64,000 nucleotides of DNA from an uncultured candidate division Zixibacteria bacterium (GTDB lineage: Bacteria; Zixibacteria; MSB-5A5; UBA10806; 4484-95), in the NCBI GenBank assembly GCA_963668625.2, contig CAXXKA010000001.1:128001-192000 (forward strand), in the 5' to 3' direction. Positions 49,075 through 58,794 of this stretch are shown one piece after another. Made by a program: the position numbers and the translations under genes. Every line of letters starts with the position of its first letter. Position 1 is the first letter of the stretch. The notes beneath the pieces were generated by a model. That model searched no databases, was not told the origin of the DNA, and was given only the letters and a program-made list of their open reading frames with translations.

Positions 49075-50079
49075 ATGGGAATTTTATCAAAATTAAAAAG
49101 GTATTACTTCTTCCATGGCGAGGATGAGTATCTCAAGTGGAAGAGAATAAAGAACCTGGTTAATTCGGTGATAGACAGTGGTTTCAAAGATTTCGATTAC
49201 ACTTTCTACGAGGGCCGTGGCCTGGATGGCGCAACCCTGATAAACACTGTTTCCTCGCCGCCATTCGGCTCTCCGCTACGGGTGACGGTTGTCAGGAATT
49301 TCAACAAAATGTCGCCTAAAAACCAGGAACTGGTCATAAAGTTCATCGATAAAGTGCCGGAACACTCGACAATGGTGATAACCGCCGGCAAACTTGATGG
49401 CAAAGACAAGCGCAAGAAGGTTTACAAGGCGCTACTGGCAAATAAAAGCAATCACAAAGAATTCAAGCAGTTAAGCCCGGCCGAGGCGGTAATTGCCATG
49501 ATTGAATATGCCAAAGAACTCGAAATTACCGTTTCGGAAAAGGCACTTGACTATCTGGTTGAAACAGTTGGCTGTAATATCGGTATATTAGAACAGGAAC
49601 TACAAAAACTGGCAATTTATGCCGGTGATGTAAAAACGGTTAGCCGGGAGGATATTGCCAACCTGATCGGGGCTGGTACTCTGGGTACAGTGGCCGATTT
49701 GCCGATACGAATAGCTGAAAAGGATATCTCCGGAGCTTTGAGGCTTCTGCATAAGTTATTATTAACGAAGGAATCGGAGGGGACGATGTTATTTCGGATC
49801 AAAGATTTCTTCCTGAAGCTGAATACGGCCAAGATGTATAATGCCACGTCATTTGTTCTTATGAAAAATTTACATTTTTCAAAAACAGTGGCCGATACTA
49901 TAAGTCGTCTCGCGCCTTTAATATCGAGCGATACTTTAAACGATTGCTTGCATGATATTTACGAGGCTGAGATAAGTCTCAAATCGGCCGGGATGCGCAA
50001 GGATATTCTTCTGATTAATCTGGTATCGAGTCTGGGGTCTAAGATTGCGGGGAATAAACAGCCGAGTAATTTGTATTAA
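49075..50079 (+). CDS. holA: DNA polymerase III delta subunit
   Basis: YFFHGEDEY, PPFGSPLRV and ELQKL motifs; typical length. Confidence 0.88.
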   Translation: MGILSKLKRYYFFHGEDEYLKWKRIKNLVNSVIDSGFKDFDYTFYEGRGLDGATLINTVSSPPFGSPLRVTVVRNFNKMSPKNQELVIKFIDKVPEHSTMVITAGKLDGKDKRKKVYKALLANKSNHKEFKQLSPAEAVIAMIEYAKELEITVSEKALDYLVETVGCNIGILEQELQKLAIYAGDVKTVSREDIANLIGAGTLGTVADLPIRIAEKDISGALRLLHKLLLTKESEGTMLFRIKDFFLKLNTAKMYNATSFVLMKNLHFSKTVADTISRLAPLISSDTLNDCLHDIYEAEISLKSAGMRKDILLINLVSSLGSKIAGNKQPSNLY

Positions 50080-50089
50080 AGTTAGAGCG

Positions 50090-50683
50090 ATGGGTAACAA
50101 TACGATAAAAGATGAGGACCAGATCGTAATCGAACGTGTACTCGATGGCGAAGTAAAAGCGTTTGAGGTGCTGGTGAAAAAGTATCAAAGAAAGATATAC
50201 TTTTTGGCTTTACGTATGACTAAAAACCACGATGTTGCAGATGAATTGGCACAGGAAAGTTTCGTGAGAGCTTACATGTCTCTTTCCACTTTCCAGAAAG
50301 GCCGGAGTTTTTACACCTGGATATATCGCATAGCGGTTAACCAGATTTTAAACTACCTCAAGCACAAAAGTTTCACGGTCTCGCTGGATACGCCCTCGGG
50401 AAGGACTTTCTTGGAATCCGTACCCAAATCGCCGGATCAGTTGAACAGGTTGGTTAACCAGGAGCAGATGATAGTTTTTCAGGAAGCGCTGGACAAATTG
50501 CCCTCGCCACAAAAGACTATTTTTATGTTAAAAACTTATGATAATTTTTCATACGAGGAAATTTCAAGGATCATGGGCTGTTCGATCGGCACGGTGATGT
50601 CGCGGTTGTTCCGCGCCCGCACGAAGCTGAAGAATGCCCTGTTGGAGAGCGATAAGAGTAAAAATGGGAAATTGCAAAAATAA
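50090..50683 (+). CDS. ECF RNA polymerase sigma factor
   Basis: AQESF, FYTWIYRIAVN and SYEEIS..MGCSIGTVMSRLFRAR motifs. Confidence 0.92.
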   Translation: MGNNTIKDEDQIVIERVLDGEVKAFEVLVKKYQRKIYFLALRMTKNHDVADELAQESFVRAYMSLSTFQKGRSFYTWIYRIAVNQILNYLKHKSFTVSLDTPSGRTFLESVPKSPDQLNRLVNQEQMIVFQEALDKLPSPQKTIFMLKTYDNFSYEEISRIMGCSIGTVMSRLFRARTKLKNALLESDKSKNGKLQK

Positions 50684-51605
50684 GAGACTGATTGGACCTT
50701 ACCTCGATGGCCACCTGGGTGAGTGTAAATGGCTGGAGGAGCACATTGTCGAGTGCTCTGAATGTCTGGCCGAGTATGAGGCGGTGCAAAGACTGGCTCA
50801 TCTGGCCGATAAAGCCGATTATCCTCCGCCGGAGGGGAATTACTGGCAGAAATTCGGCACCAGGGTTATTGCCCGAATTGCCGCCAGGCCGCAGCCGAAG
50901 CGTTATCCGAGGTTTATCGAAAGCCTGTTTGCCAATAAGATGGCTTTTAGGCTGGTTACACCACTGATGGCGGTGTTGATAGCCGTATTGGCCTTAAGGA
51001 TTTATATACCGCTGAGTAATACGCCATCGATTGAGCCGGTTGCCGCGATAGAGACAACCGAGACATCCCGGATAAATACCGTTATGGGTGAGATGGCAGA
51101 TATGCCTATCCTGGCCAAAAATCAAGCTGTAAAACAGGATAACGATACGCAGCCTGTGGTTGTTGAATTGTCTGAGCAAGCGAGGGAAATAGAGCCCGAA
51201 CAAATACAACCGGCGATATATGCAGTGGAGCAATCGTTAAACGATATCGAATCATTGATGCAGGATTATCTGAGAAACCGTGAGGTAAAGGTTTCGCCAA
51301 CCCGCCTGGCCGCGCTGGATAACGGTTTCTGGGCTGAGATATCGCAGGATTACAGTTTTCGGATATTCGATACCGATAATGTCCTGAAATTCCAGATTAT
51401 CTCCGGTTCCAACCCCAGTCTGGCGCCGTTAAGCTCTTACAGAGAGGCGGCCGGGAAATTTTTCGCGCCGGAGATATCAAATTCGCGAAATTCCTTCGAG
51501 GAAAATATTCCCAATCGATGGGGCTATGCTAGAGGTGATGACAAGTATAATAAGGAAAGACAGCAGCATCTGGAGTTAGAATTCGATTTATCTCGTGAAA
51601 AGTAA
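50664..51605 (+). CDS. Zinc-finger (ZAS) membrane anti-sigma factor
   Basis: YLDG..HIVECSEC (HxxxCxxC), one TM segment, overlaps the sigma gene. Confidence 0.8.
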   Translation: MGNCKNKRLIGPYLDGHLGECKWLEEHIVECSECLAEYEAVQRLAHLADKADYPPPEGNYWQKFGTRVIARIAARPQPKRYPRFIESLFANKMAFRLVTPLMAVLIAVLALRIYIPLSNTPSIEPVAAIETTETSRINTVMGEMADMPILAKNQAVKQDNDTQPVVVELSEQAREIEPEQIQPAIYAVEQSLNDIESLMQDYLRNREVKVSPTRLAALDNGFWAEISQDYSFRIFDTDNVLKFQIISGSNPSLAPLSSYREAAGKFFAPEISNSRNSFEENIPNRWGYARGDDKYNKERQQHLELEFDLSREK

Positions 51606-51632
51606 GTAGCATACTCTAAAATTATTAATAAA

Positions 51633-51667
51633 GCAGGAGCATTTGATCAAATGCTCCTATTTTTTTG
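51633..51667 (+). repeat. REP-like perfect palindrome acting as terminator
   Basis: AGGAGCATTTGATCAAATGCTCCT followed by a T-run; same family as 22401. Confidence 0.7.
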
Positions 51668-52194
51668 GTGAATATGTTTAGTGAATGAAGTATGTCCTGA
51701 GAAAGCTTATAAGCGCCTTAAATATAAAAGGTTCAATTTAGCTATTAATAGTAAGCCGATTACTTGATAATGGCTCACCATTTTAGTAATGGTTGTCATT
51801 ACTGTACTGTATAAGATAGATAATTCGATGACAGATATGTGTTAGCTATGAATTTATCGAGGCTGAATTTTTCAAATAAGATAAAACATTTTGATCAGTT
51901 TTTGGGTTATGTTCCCGTTTATTTTGTCCTTCATCAGCGGGATGAGTAGTATTGGCATGCTGATCGGTAATTCATGCAAGGCAACGAGGTAAACGGAAAT
52001 ATAGTTACGAATTCAAGCTAATTGCCACACGGGTAAAATGCCCGTGATACGTATCCGTAAACTTTTAAGGATCGAAAATGCCTGTTTATATTTTTTATGC
52101 GTTGCCCAATAAAAACATTTGCCAACCAATGACATATCATATATATTGATTTCACCCAAAGTTTTCGTGGAGAGGAGCCAGGAAGAGATTCTTT

Positions 52195-53367
52195 ATGTGG
52201 CTCGTTTTTTTATTAGTCGTGCTTTTCACACTTTTCGGCGTCATCGAATTCCACAAGCATAAGCGGAATTTGAGCCGTATTTCTGTGCGTATCCATATTA
52301 ATGGAACACGTGGTAAGTCATCCGTGACCCGTTTGGTTGGCGGCGGTTTGAAAGGCGGCGGCAAACGCGTTTTTGTTAAAACCACTGGCACCAGTCCGCG
52401 TACTATCGATCCCACCGGTTATGAGGAACCCATAAGGCGCGTTGGCTCGGCTAATATTATCGAACAGCTTGGTATAGTGGCCAAAGCCGCCGACAACGAA
52501 GCCGATTTTTTCGTTGTCGAGTGTATGGCTTTAATCCCCAATCTTCAGTATATAACCGAGCATCAGATGATAAAATCGCAGGTGGGAATTATCACCAATA
52601 TCCGTGAGGATCATCTGGATGTAATGGGGCCTACTGTTGATGACGTGGCTGAAGCTATATGCAACACTATTCCTGAGGACGGCCTGCTTTTCACCACCGA
52701 GGAGCGCTATCTGGATGTTATTAAGAGACGAGCGGCAAAGGTCAATTGCAAGGTTGTAGAGGTCACGACCGAGAGTGTCAACCCGGAGGATTTATCCCGT
52801 TTCGGTCATCTGGAGCACAAAGACAACGTGGCGGTTGCCCTGGCGGTATGCGAGCATTTCGGTGTGGACAAAGAGTCTGCTCTTCAGGGAATGATCGAGA
52901 TAAAACCTGATCCCGGCGCTTTGAAGAAGTATACTTTGAAAATACACGGGCATACCTTAGAGTTTTTGAATGCATTCGCAGCCAACGATCCCGACAGTTA
53001 TCGGGCGATCTGGGATATGCTGCACTTACACCGGGGCAACGATAAAAAGCTGATGGTGCTGGTGAATTCCCGTCGTGATAGGGTACAGCGGGCCGAGCAA
53101 CTGGGCGAATTCATTGCCAGGGAGCTGGAGGCCGACTATTTTATTATAAGCGGCGAAGCTACCAAGCCGCTGGTGCACAAGGCACAAAAGAACGGCCTGG
53201 CAAGTTCAATGATGATGGACCTGGGCGGTAAGAACGTAATAGAGGTTTTTGATTTTATAGATACGATAGTTACCAGCGATACGATTATAGTCGGTATCGG
53301 TAACATCGTTGGCTTAGGAGACGAGATCGTGCGATATTTCATAAATAAGGGGAGGATGGTTGCCTGA
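52195..53367 (+). CDS. pgsB: Poly-gamma-glutamate synthase
   Basis: HINGTRGKSSVTRL, KTTGT, ECMAL, TNIREDHLDVMGP and FAANDP motifs. Confidence 0.93.
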   Translation: MWLVFLLVVLFTLFGVIEFHKHKRNLSRISVRIHINGTRGKSSVTRLVGGGLKGGGKRVFVKTTGTSPRTIDPTGYEEPIRRVGSANIIEQLGIVAKAADNEADFFVVECMALIPNLQYITEHQMIKSQVGIITNIREDHLDVMGPTVDDVAEAICNTIPEDGLLFTTEERYLDVIKRRAAKVNCKVVEVTTESVNPEDLSRFGHLEHKDNVAVALAVCEHFGVDKESALQGMIEIKPDPGALKKYTLKIHGHTLEFLNAFAANDPDSYRAIWDMLHLHRGNDKKLMVLVNSRRDRVQRAEQLGEFIARELEADYFIISGEATKPLVHKAQKNGLASSMMMDLGGKNVIEVFDFIDTIVTSDTIIVGIGNIVGLGDEIVRYFINKGRMVA

Positions 53368-53824
53368 ATCTACTCTGATAATGCAAGCTATCGGACTGGG
53401 ACTTATCCTGAGCCTGGTATTTTCCGAGCTTCTGGGTTTGGCCGCGGGCGGAATGGTTGTCCCCGGCTATGTCGCGTTGATGATACATCAACCTCTCAGG
53501 ATTGTTGGTACAATTATAGTAGCGCTGCTGACATACCTTACTGTCAGATTGATGTCTAACCAGATGTTCCTCTATGGCCGTCGCCGCACCGTGATGATTA
53601 TCCTGGTGGGATTTTGTTTCGGCTGGGCCTCGAGAGAGCTTTTCGTAATGTCTCCCGATACCGTGCCGATCGAGTTTCAGGCTATCGGTTATATTATACC
53701 CGGCCTGATCGCTAACTGGATGGAACGTCAGGGTGTTATACAGACAATCACTATGATGATAGTAGCAGGTGTTTTAGTGAGGATGTTTTTGATGATATTC
53801 TCTGGCGGGGAGGTCATACTATGA
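53360..53824 (+). CDS. pgsC: Poly-gamma-glutamate biosynthesis protein
   Basis: GGMVVPGYVAL, LYGRRR and IGYIIPGLIA motifs. Confidence 0.93.
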   Translation: MPESTLIMQAIGLGLILSLVFSELLGLAAGGMVVPGYVALMIHQPLRIVGTIIVALLTYLTVRLMSNQMFLYGRRRTVMIILVGFCFGWASRELFVMSPDTVPIEFQAIGYIIPGLIANWMERQGVIQTITMMIVAGVLVRMFLMIFSGGEVIL

Positions 53825-54963
53825 GGCGCAAAACAGGAAAGCCATCCCTGGCCTTGCTGGTGTTTCTGGCGATACTATCGATTTTATTCTTCTACTTAGC
53901 CGAGAAATCGCAAAAGCCACAGAAATCCCCGCATTACGATCAGAAAATAAAAGCGGCTGAACTGGCAAAAAGCGCTCAGGATATTATCAAGAAAGAACTG
54001 AGCAATCGCGGTTATGTCATCGATGTTCAAAATGATCCCAATATGAGCGGTATGATCGGTCCTCAATATTCGCTAATTACAACCGACCGAGGTTATATTC
54101 GCGATAAATTGATTTCGACCAATCCCAACAATGCAGCCGTTATAGTTGATCTTCTTAACCGAGCGGATGTCGAGCCGGGTGATAAAATTGCAGTAACGTT
54201 CACCGGCGCTTTTCCTGCAATGAACGTGGCCGTGATGGCCGCTTGCAAAGTAATGGGACTGAAACCGGTAATTATTACCTCGATTGGAGCCTCGACCTGG
54301 GGCGCTAACTGGGAGGAGTTCACCTGGTTGGATATGGAAAGCGCGCTTGTTGAGAGCGGTATCTGGGATTATAAATCGGTTGCAGCCTCATTGGGAGGCG
54401 GTAACGATGGTGGACGAGGCCTTTCACCTCAGGGAAGAGAACTTCTGGAGCAGGCGATCGCCCGCAATAATGTCGAATTTATCAGTTCTATCGATGAGAA
54501 CGATCTTTCCGGTTCACTCGAGGCCAATATCGAAAAACGTATCGAGATTTTCGATGAAGCGGCGGGTAGTGATGAGTATAAAGCCGTTGTAAATGTAGGT
54601 GGCGGACTGGCCGCTGTCGGCTCATCCCAAAACGGCAAGCTGATGCTGCCGGGATACAACGCTCATCTCTGGGATCGCGAGATGCCGGCACGAGGCGCCA
54701 TAAATATTCTGGCGGAGAGAAGGCTGCCGGTAATTCACCTTCTGCAAATTGATGATTTTGCGCATAAATACCAACTACCGGCAGAGGTAGTACCTGAACC
54801 GGTAATTGGCGAGGGATCGATTTTCGTTCAGGAAAGATATTCGATCACCACGACCGTCATATATACCGTTATTTTACTGCTTATACTCTACGGAGCTATC
54901 AGGTTGGATTTCAGGTACTATATTTATCGTAACCGTCACTTATTCGTTAAGAAAAATGCTTGA
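53821..54963 (+). CDS. pgsW: Poly-gamma-glutamate system protein
   Basis: DPN.SGMIG, TNPN, TGAFPAMN, SIGASTWGAN and VNVGG motifs; follows pgsBC. Confidence 0.82.
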   Translation: MRRKTGKPSLALLVFLAILSILFFYLAEKSQKPQKSPHYDQKIKAAELAKSAQDIIKKELSNRGYVIDVQNDPNMSGMIGPQYSLITTDRGYIRDKLISTNPNNAAVIVDLLNRADVEPGDKIAVTFTGAFPAMNVAVMAACKVMGLKPVIITSIGASTWGANWEEFTWLDMESALVESGIWDYKSVAASLGGGNDGGRGLSPQGRELLEQAIARNNVEFISSIDENDLSGSLEANIEKRIEIFDEAAGSDEYKAVVNVGGGLAAVGSSQNGKLMLPGYNAHLWDREMPARGAINILAERRLPVIHLLQIDDFAHKYQLPAEVVPEPVIGEGSIFVQERYSITTTVIYTVILLLILYGAIRLDFRYYIYRNRHLFVKKNA

Positions 54964-54973
54964 TGGGGGAACC

Positions 54974-55918
54974 ATGAATCGTAGAATATTAATATTTGTG
55001 TTGATGATTTCAGCTTTCGTTTTTACTGCGGAGTCTTTCGCTCGCACTACGGTTATGCCGTTTGGTCGCCCGCGAGCTGTCAATTATCAAAATTCCAAAG
55101 GTAAAACCTATAGCTATTATTGCCTGGTTAAAGGCCAATCGATGGGGTTCGCTGTCGAGGGACCGGTTCAGGTGGATGTTCGCACCAGGGCTGGTTTGTA
55201 CCAGAAAGATGTAACGGCGGAATATCAAGTGCAAGTTTGGGAGGAAGAATACCTCGTCGCTGCCGAGCAATTTAAAAGTAAAAACAGTGGCAGTAAGGTA
55301 TTGGATTCCGAATTGTACCCGGCCATGTACAGGAAAATGGAATTCGAATCATCGGCGGGAATTCATAATTATCGCCTGTGGCTGGTTTCGGATAATGTCG
55401 ATACGGTTTTTGTCAGAATTTATAAATCCCAACCGGAAACCATATCGCCTAAAAAAGTCAGTATGTACCCGCTCCAATATTTCAAACGAGTACACCTCTA
55501 TTCCAAGAAAAATCAGACTCCTTATTATTTGATCTCGAATGATGAAGGAGTCAAGCTCAGGATTAACGGCCCGGCCGAGTTTATAGTCAGGGCCAGGGCT
55601 AATTTTACGGAGGAGATGGTCGGTAGAATAGGTTTCACTATCTCGATGTTCGAGAACGGCTCGGAGATCAACACGCTCTCGGCCACTACCTCGAAATCGC
55701 TGACCATGGCTTATCAGGATTACACCGGAGTCGTGCCCTCGCGGCCGACAGAGTTTATCGTCGAGGTACCGTCCGGCAGCCACACTTATGATTTTCTCCT
55801 GAAAGAGTCCACCGCTGAGACAATCAGTATTCGATTCAGTCTGCCCAAACAAGAATCCGATCAGGATATAGATCAGGATATTCAGGGGATCGAGGATGAC
55901 AATGAGGAAGAAGAATAG
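54974..55918 (+). CDS. Hypothetical exported protein with two repeated beta-sandwich-like halves
   Basis: Signal peptide; YYCL..VEGPVQVDVRTRA versus YYLI..INGPAEFIVRARA; acidic tail. Confidence 0.7.
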   Translation: MNRRILIFVLMISAFVFTAESFARTTVMPFGRPRAVNYQNSKGKTYSYYCLVKGQSMGFAVEGPVQVDVRTRAGLYQKDVTAEYQVQVWEEEYLVAAEQFKSKNSGSKVLDSELYPAMYRKMEFESSAGIHNYRLWLVSDNVDTVFVRIYKSQPETISPKKVSMYPLQYFKRVHLYSKKNQTPYYLISNDEGVKLRINGPAEFIVRARANFTEEMVGRIGFTISMFENGSEINTLSATTSKSLTMAYQDYTGVVPSRPTEFIVEVPSGSHTYDFLLKESTAETISIRFSLPKQESDQDIDQDIQGIEDDNEEEE

Positions 55919-55920
55919 CA

Positions 55921-56958
55921 ATGACGACGAATAATGCCGTTAGGCTTATCATAGTTTGCATGTTGGTATCGGGATGGCTTACCGGGGCGACTACGCTTTC
56001 GGCTAAATCTCCGTTCGATATCGATATCGAGATTCAGACTATCTACGATGATAATATCCTCAACTACTCCGATTCCGACCTGGATCAGATGGATGATCCG
56101 GGCGCGCCCGATAATAAGTTCGCCGTGGAATCAAAAGATGATGTCATCATTAACCCCGAAATCGATATAGTTTACAAAACCAAACTGCTCAAGCACAGTT
56201 TCCACCTCGGATTTAAAACCGACTACTATTATTACAACGAGAACGATGTCAAACGTCACTGGCGGTTTGAGACTTATTTCAAACGCTATTTCAAACGTGG
56301 CACATTTTTCCAGGGTTCGGTGTCGTACCTTCCCGATTACTACTATCGTAACAGCTTCATAACGGGGGATGGGTATCACGAGGCGAAATTCGATAAGATA
56401 TCGCTTAACGCCAGGATGGTTTATAGATTGTTCAAATCGACCAGCGTCAGCGTTAATTACACATATTCCGATAAAGACTTTATCGAGATATTCGATGAGC
56501 GCGATATCTACGAACATGAAGTTGGCGGAACACTGGTTTATCGCCCGGTTAAGCTCTGGAAAGGCTGGATCGGCTACGAATATTCGCACGCCGTTGGCGC
56601 GGGCGCCGATAACTCATCTCACACTCGCGATACCTCGTATGACGGCAACAAATTCACGCTGGGAAGCAGGTTCTATCTCAAAGGCCTGGGGCGAAAGAGT
56701 TTCCAGATAGCCGGCAAGGTATCCTATGAGCTGGTGCAGTTCCAGACCATGAAAATCACTGACATTTACCGCCTGGGGCGCGAGGACACCCGCTTGTATT
56801 TTTACGGTATGTTAAAACATTACTTGAAGCGTGGAATTAGTGTAGAGGCGATATTCAAAAGCTACGACAAATCTGTCGAGATACCGGCTGATTATCTGAT
56901 AGATCAACTCGAGTCATCATCCAACACTTTCTACCTGGTATTCAACTACTCGCTTTAG
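55921..56958 (+). CDS. Outer-membrane beta-barrel protein
   Basis: Signal peptide, YDDNI motif typical of polysaccharide-locus barrels, alternating aromatic strands, ends in FNYSL. Confidence 0.75.
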   Translation: MTTNNAVRLIIVCMLVSGWLTGATTLSAKSPFDIDIEIQTIYDDNILNYSDSDLDQMDDPGAPDNKFAVESKDDVIINPEIDIVYKTKLLKHSFHLGFKTDYYYYNENDVKRHWRFETYFKRYFKRGTFFQGSVSYLPDYYYRNSFITGDGYHEAKFDKISLNARMVYRLFKSTSVSVNYTYSDKDFIEIFDERDIYEHEVGGTLVYRPVKLWKGWIGYEYSHAVGAGADNSSHTRDTSYDGNKFTLGSRFYLKGLGRKSFQIAGKVSYELVQFQTMKITDIYRLGREDTRLYFYGMLKHYLKRGISVEAIFKSYDKSVEIPADYLIDQLESSSNTFYLVFNYSL

Positions 56959-57170
56959 TAGACTCCTGGCTGGATATAAACTGCTGGATATAGTCATGGC
57001 AGTGAAGATTATAATTATAATGAATGATATTTCTCTCTGGATTCCTGGCGATGCTTGGAAACTTTTTTGCGGCATGTAGAATGATCATTCTACCAGCAGG
57101 CGGTTGCGTTGCGAAACAGCGCTCCGCAACGAGGAAACAGGAGTAGTTACTTAGTTCTAAATTGGCTGTA

Positions 57171-57273
57171 GCGTCAGAAATCTTTGATTTCAAATGGGAT
57201 GTCACCGGGAAAGAATGCACAGAGAACTTCATCCCTCCCGGTGACTCGTGAAATAGACTTTTTCAACAATCCC
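57171..57273 (+). mobile_element. Truncated second copy of the MITE-like element
   Basis: Colinear similarity to about 26072-26183 ending in TTTTTCAACAATCCC; no left TIR visible. Confidence 0.65.
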
Positions 57274-57345
57274 AGCGCTTCACACCGAGGATGTAGAGGG
57301 TAGTTACTTCATTTAAGTTATTAACTTATCCGTAAAGGAGTAATT

Positions 57346-58062
57346 TTGGGCTTTACGCTTAAGTATTGTTGGCTTATCTTTATTATCATGATGGGCCAAA
57401 CCGATGACAAACATGCCGCCGATACCACCGATGTATATTTTAAATATCGCCAGGTGATGGTCGATTCACAGATAATCGTCCGAGGTGTGAAAGATAAACG
57501 AGTGCTCGAGGCTATGCGCAAAGTACCCCGTCATGAGTTCGTGCCTGAATACGTTCGCCGTTATGCCTACGAGGATGAACCTCAGCCTATAGGCAATGAT
57601 CAGACAATCAGCCAACCTTATATAGTTGCTTTGATGACCGAGTTATTGGAATTGGAGCCTGATTCCAAAGTGTTGGAGATCGGTACGGGTTCCGGTTACC
57701 AGGCGGCTATACTGGCCGAACTTTGTGATTCGGTGAGCACGATAGAGATTATTCGCGAGCTGGCCGATCGAGCCGATTCGACATTCACTGCGCTGGGCTA
57801 TGATAATATCGAGGTTAGGTGTGGAGACGGATTCCGGGGTTGGCCGGAGAAAGCGCCGTTTGACGCCATAATCGTGACCGCTGCCCCCGATGAGGTGCCC
57901 GAGCCGCTTATCGAACAACTGGCCGAGGGGGGACGCCTGGTGATACCGGTAGGGACTTACCATCAGGATTTAAAACTCATTCGCAAAACTGAGGGTGAGA
58001 TAAAGACCATGAATGTCATTCCGGTAAGGTTCGTTCCGATGACCGGCGAGGCGGATGAGTAA
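57346..58062 (+). CDS. pcm: Protein-L-isoaspartate O-methyltransferase
   Basis: QTISQP, VLEIGTGSGYQAA, APFDAIIVTAA and VRFVPM motifs. Confidence 0.95.
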   Translation: MGFTLKYCWLIFIIMMGQTDDKHAADTTDVYFKYRQVMVDSQIIVRGVKDKRVLEAMRKVPRHEFVPEYVRRYAYEDEPQPIGNDQTISQPYIVALMTELLELEPDSKVLEIGTGSGYQAAILAELCDSVSTIEIIRELADRADSTFTALGYDNIEVRCGDGFRGWPEKAPFDAIIVTAAPDEVPEPLIEQLAEGGRLVIPVGTYHQDLKLIRKTEGEIKTMNVIPVRFVPMTGEADE

Positions 58063-58105
58063 CGCCTGATATTATCTCCACGATATCTATCATTTCATAT
58101 TAAGC

Positions 58106-58197
58106 GTAGGGGTAAAGTTAATCTTTACCCGGAAACCAGCAGACCGTTAATTTAATTCATTCTGCGGGCTTCAGGGTAGAGCGAGTTCTGCCTTTAC
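58106..58197. repeat. REP doublet (REPIN-like)
   Basis: GTAG-GGGTAAAG-TTAAT-CTTTACCC and an inverted degenerate partner GGGTAGAG-CGAGT-TCTGCCTTTAC. Confidence 0.55.
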
Positions 58198-58326
58198 AAA
58201 AAAACGATACTTTGTAACGAGGGGACAATAGCCCCGAAAATTACTCTTGAATTATCTCGTAACAAATAGTAAGTCTAATCCGTAATATGAAGCGGATATC
58301 GCAATTCCTTACCAGGAGGTTACAAT

Positions 58327-58794
58327 ATGTCCAACAGGAAACTTTATCGTTCCCGTGAAAACGCCATGATTGGCGGCGTATGCGCGGGATTGGCTGATTA
58401 TTTCAACATAGACTCAACCATCGTCAGGCTGGCTACGGTTATTTTGATATTTCCCGGCGGTCTGAGTATCTGGGCGTATATTATCGCCTGGATTATTATT
58501 CCCCAGAAACCGCTTTTGGGAGCCTCCGAAATGGCAAGTGACGGAAGTGCCACTACGGCGGAGGGGGAGGTATCCTCAATGTCCGAGGATGAATCACCGC
58601 TCGAGGAAAAGGACAAGTCACGTTTTATTGTCGGTACGGTATTGATCGCGCTGGGTGCGCTTTTTCTACTGAATGCGTTCGATGTTTTCTACTGGTTTTC
58701 GTTCGGTAAGGTCTGGCCTGCCATATTGATTATTGTCGGTGTAGTGGTTTTGTTTAAAGCCGTAAACAAAGGCGGTGAAAAAGATGAAAGTTAG
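58327..58794 (+). CDS. pspC: PspC domain membrane protein
   Basis: KLYRSRENAMIGGVCAGLADYF...YIIAWIIIP; C-terminal WPAILI TM hairpin. Confidence 0.85.
   Translation: MSNRKLYRSRENAMIGGVCAGLADYFNIDSTIVRLATVILIFPGGLSIWAYIIAWIIIPQKPLLGASEMASDGSATTAEGEVSSMSEDESPLEEKDKSRFIVGTVLIALGALFLLNAFDVFYWFSFGKVWPAILIIVGVVVLFKAVNKGGEKDES

Noticed and set aside
51670-52190. Riboswitch in the long leader of pgsB (hairpin CACGGG/CCCGTG)
   Set aside because: Only an isolated hairpin; no aptamer consensus I can recognise.
57117-57309. CRISPR array
   Set aside because: Only two diverged repeats 156 nt apart, and no cas genes.
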